Shown in pieces: positions 61,971 to 64,000 of a DNA stretch of 64,000 nt. Source of the stretch: Eledone cirrhosa (Eukaryota). The notes beneath the pieces are model-generated. The model had not been told where the DNA came from. It searched no databases and saw only the letters and a program-made list of their open reading frames with translations. Position 1 is the first letter of the stretch; every line of letters begins with the position of its first letter. The position numbers were made by a program, and so were the translations under genes. The stretch covers positions 23,064,001-23,128,000 of the forward strand of contig OZ024764.1 in assembly GCA_964016885.1 (NCBI GenBank), given 5' to 3'.

Positions 61971-64000
61971 GGGATCTTTTACCATCTCTACCTCTTTCTC
62001 TAGGTTGTCTTGTACCTCTCACAGTCCCTCTAAATCTTATATTAAACAGGGAGATCTTTTACTCTCCAACCCTTCTTTCTCCTTATAGTCTCGCATCAAT
62101 CAGTCCCTCTAGATATTACACCTAGTATCTAGTCTATGTTGAGTGGTACGTCCTTTTCCAGTAAAGGAGTTAATATTCCCAACCATCTGTCTATCCTGTT
62201 TTCTGATGAGAATGAAGTCAATCTAGTTTATCTCTTCACCTGATTGAAGTAACTAGATCAAGTAATTAGATGTTTTCCTGTAAGTTAGTGTTGCAGTGTT
62301 TGTGTCACCATGTAAGGTTTATATCTATTAATATAGAGATGTAGTAAAGTTTTCACTGTTGTATCTCTATTTTCTAAATATCTTAATAATGTTTCTCTAC
62401 TATTTCAGAATATCACATGACCTTGACAGAAAAGAGTCTTTTAAAGACAACAGAAAGATGTTACATTCAAGTGATATAAACTTGTTTAGTCTGTGGTGAA
62501 TTATGGTGAAATATTTCTTCTGAATTGAGATAAATAACAACATATTCCTTTTTCACTGTCTGGAATATTTACAAGATGATTTTACATTCTGATTAAACTT
62601 TGGATATTTACAAAGGTGTTTTCAAAATATTTGGATATTGACAAAGATCACATTTGATAAAATTATGAACAATAGAAATATTTACATCAACATAGGAATA
62701 TTTTCCAGAAGAGATGGGAAAATCATTATACCACTGTAATATTTGTGGTAAAGTATTCTCTCTTCTTTATATGTAGAACATCTAACTAAACACTTTAACT
62801 AACAAACTATTGTGCTATAGAATTGACAAACTTGAGGAATCTTTAATAAATGTTACAAATTTCTCCAAACTGTCATTTACTAACTTTAATTTGAAGCTAT
62901 ATTATCTATATACTACTAAAACTCTGTGATTGTGTCTTGTCCGTAATTTAATACAGCTAAAACAGTGCATAATGGGGAAATACTTTGAAAGGAATAAAAC
63001 AAGATTTGTATAAATTGGAGCACAGGTTCCCAAGATACGGGGTTTTCTGGGTACCTTCATAAATATAGGGAGAGAGCGAGAGAGTGGGCGCTGGTGGTGT
63101 TGTTTAATAAAATGTGTGTGTGTGTGTGTGTATATATATATACGTATGTGTATATTTTAACTATTTAAAAATTATTTTTAAATAACTTAAAAGATAATTT
63201 TAAGGCAACGTGACCCAACAGGTTCCAGGTGGTCTAGTTTGTTACTAAATACTAGATATTAGAGGGTCATGTTGTTCTAGATGTGCTGGAAGAGCCATTC
63301 CATCTAGTGAGGTTCACACCAGCAGCTAGCCACCTCAGCACCTATGGTGGTATATTTATTATATTATTTATTCTTTATCATTAACATTAATAGTGTAGGC
63401 TGGGTGCTTTTTGTTGTGACACCTACATGACCACTTTATAGTGTGGACTGGGTACTTTTTGTTGTGACACCTACACGACCCCTTTAAAGTTTCGGCTGGG
63501 TACTTTTTGTTGTCACCTACATGACCACTTTACAGTGTGGACTGGTTTCTTTTTGTCATATTACCTACATGACCACCTTATAGTGTTAGCTGTGAGTTCT
63601 TTGCAGTGTGGGCTGGTTTCTTTTTGTCATATCACCTACATGACCACCTTATAGTGTTGGCTGTGTGTTATTTGCAGTGTGGGCTGGTTTCTTTTTGTCA
63701 TATCACCTACATGACCACCTTATAATGTTGACTGTGTATTCTCTATAGTGTGGGTTGGGTGCTTTTTGTCATATCTCCTACCCAACCACTTTGCAGTGTG
63801 GGCAGTGAAATATCAGTAATGCACCAGGTCCAATATTCAGTAATCAGAAGAAGGGAGGTAGGCATAAAAGCCAAACTTGCTGTCTTCAATTAGGTTTTTG
63901 TGCCAACCCTTACCTATGGTCACATATCTTGGGTAATGACCAAAAGAATATGATTGGGAATACAAATGGCAGATATGGGATTCCTCTGAAGGGTCTTTGA
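61971..64000 (+). repeat. Fifth duplication unit lacking the promoter, intron and ZnF exon
   Basis: The upstream-type sequence CTTACCTCGAGTG joins directly to the post-gene 79-bp minisatellite. Confidence 0.85.

Overview
Eukaryotic, AT-rich genomic DNA, most likely from an octopus or other coleoid cephalopod (inferred from the finger style [10 protein letters not shown]...[11 protein letters not shown], the RTE 3' tails and the tRNA-SINEs). The window is a tandem segmental-duplication array with a period of about 15-19 kb. Four units carry a finger-only C2H2 zinc-finger ORF on the + strand (15, 14, 12 and 9+1 fingers). A fifth unit has lost its finger exon. A unit runs, with unit-specific losses: putative promoter and non-coding exon 1, a TE-filled intron (CRE LINE, foldback MITE, RTE relics, piggyBac-type MITE, 39-bp VNTR), a 3' splice site, a long leader plus the finger ORF, a poly(A) signal, a relic ZnF exon, a non-autonomous Helitron, an RTE-tail minisatellite, a Rex3-like fragment, a Buster-type hAT, a CRE fragment and a tRNA-SINE. 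Unit-specific insertions are a near full-length RTE LINE, mariner, Tigger, a young CR1, a solo LTR and a Penelope-like piece carrying a hammerhead-ribozyme motif. The most notable features are finger shuffling between near-identical flanks, an in-linker UAG that A-to-I editing could reopen, an intronic sense-strand hammerhead, and a VNTR built from splice-acceptor-like units. All calls were made by eye, and TE edges are approximate unless TIRs or TSDs are quoted.
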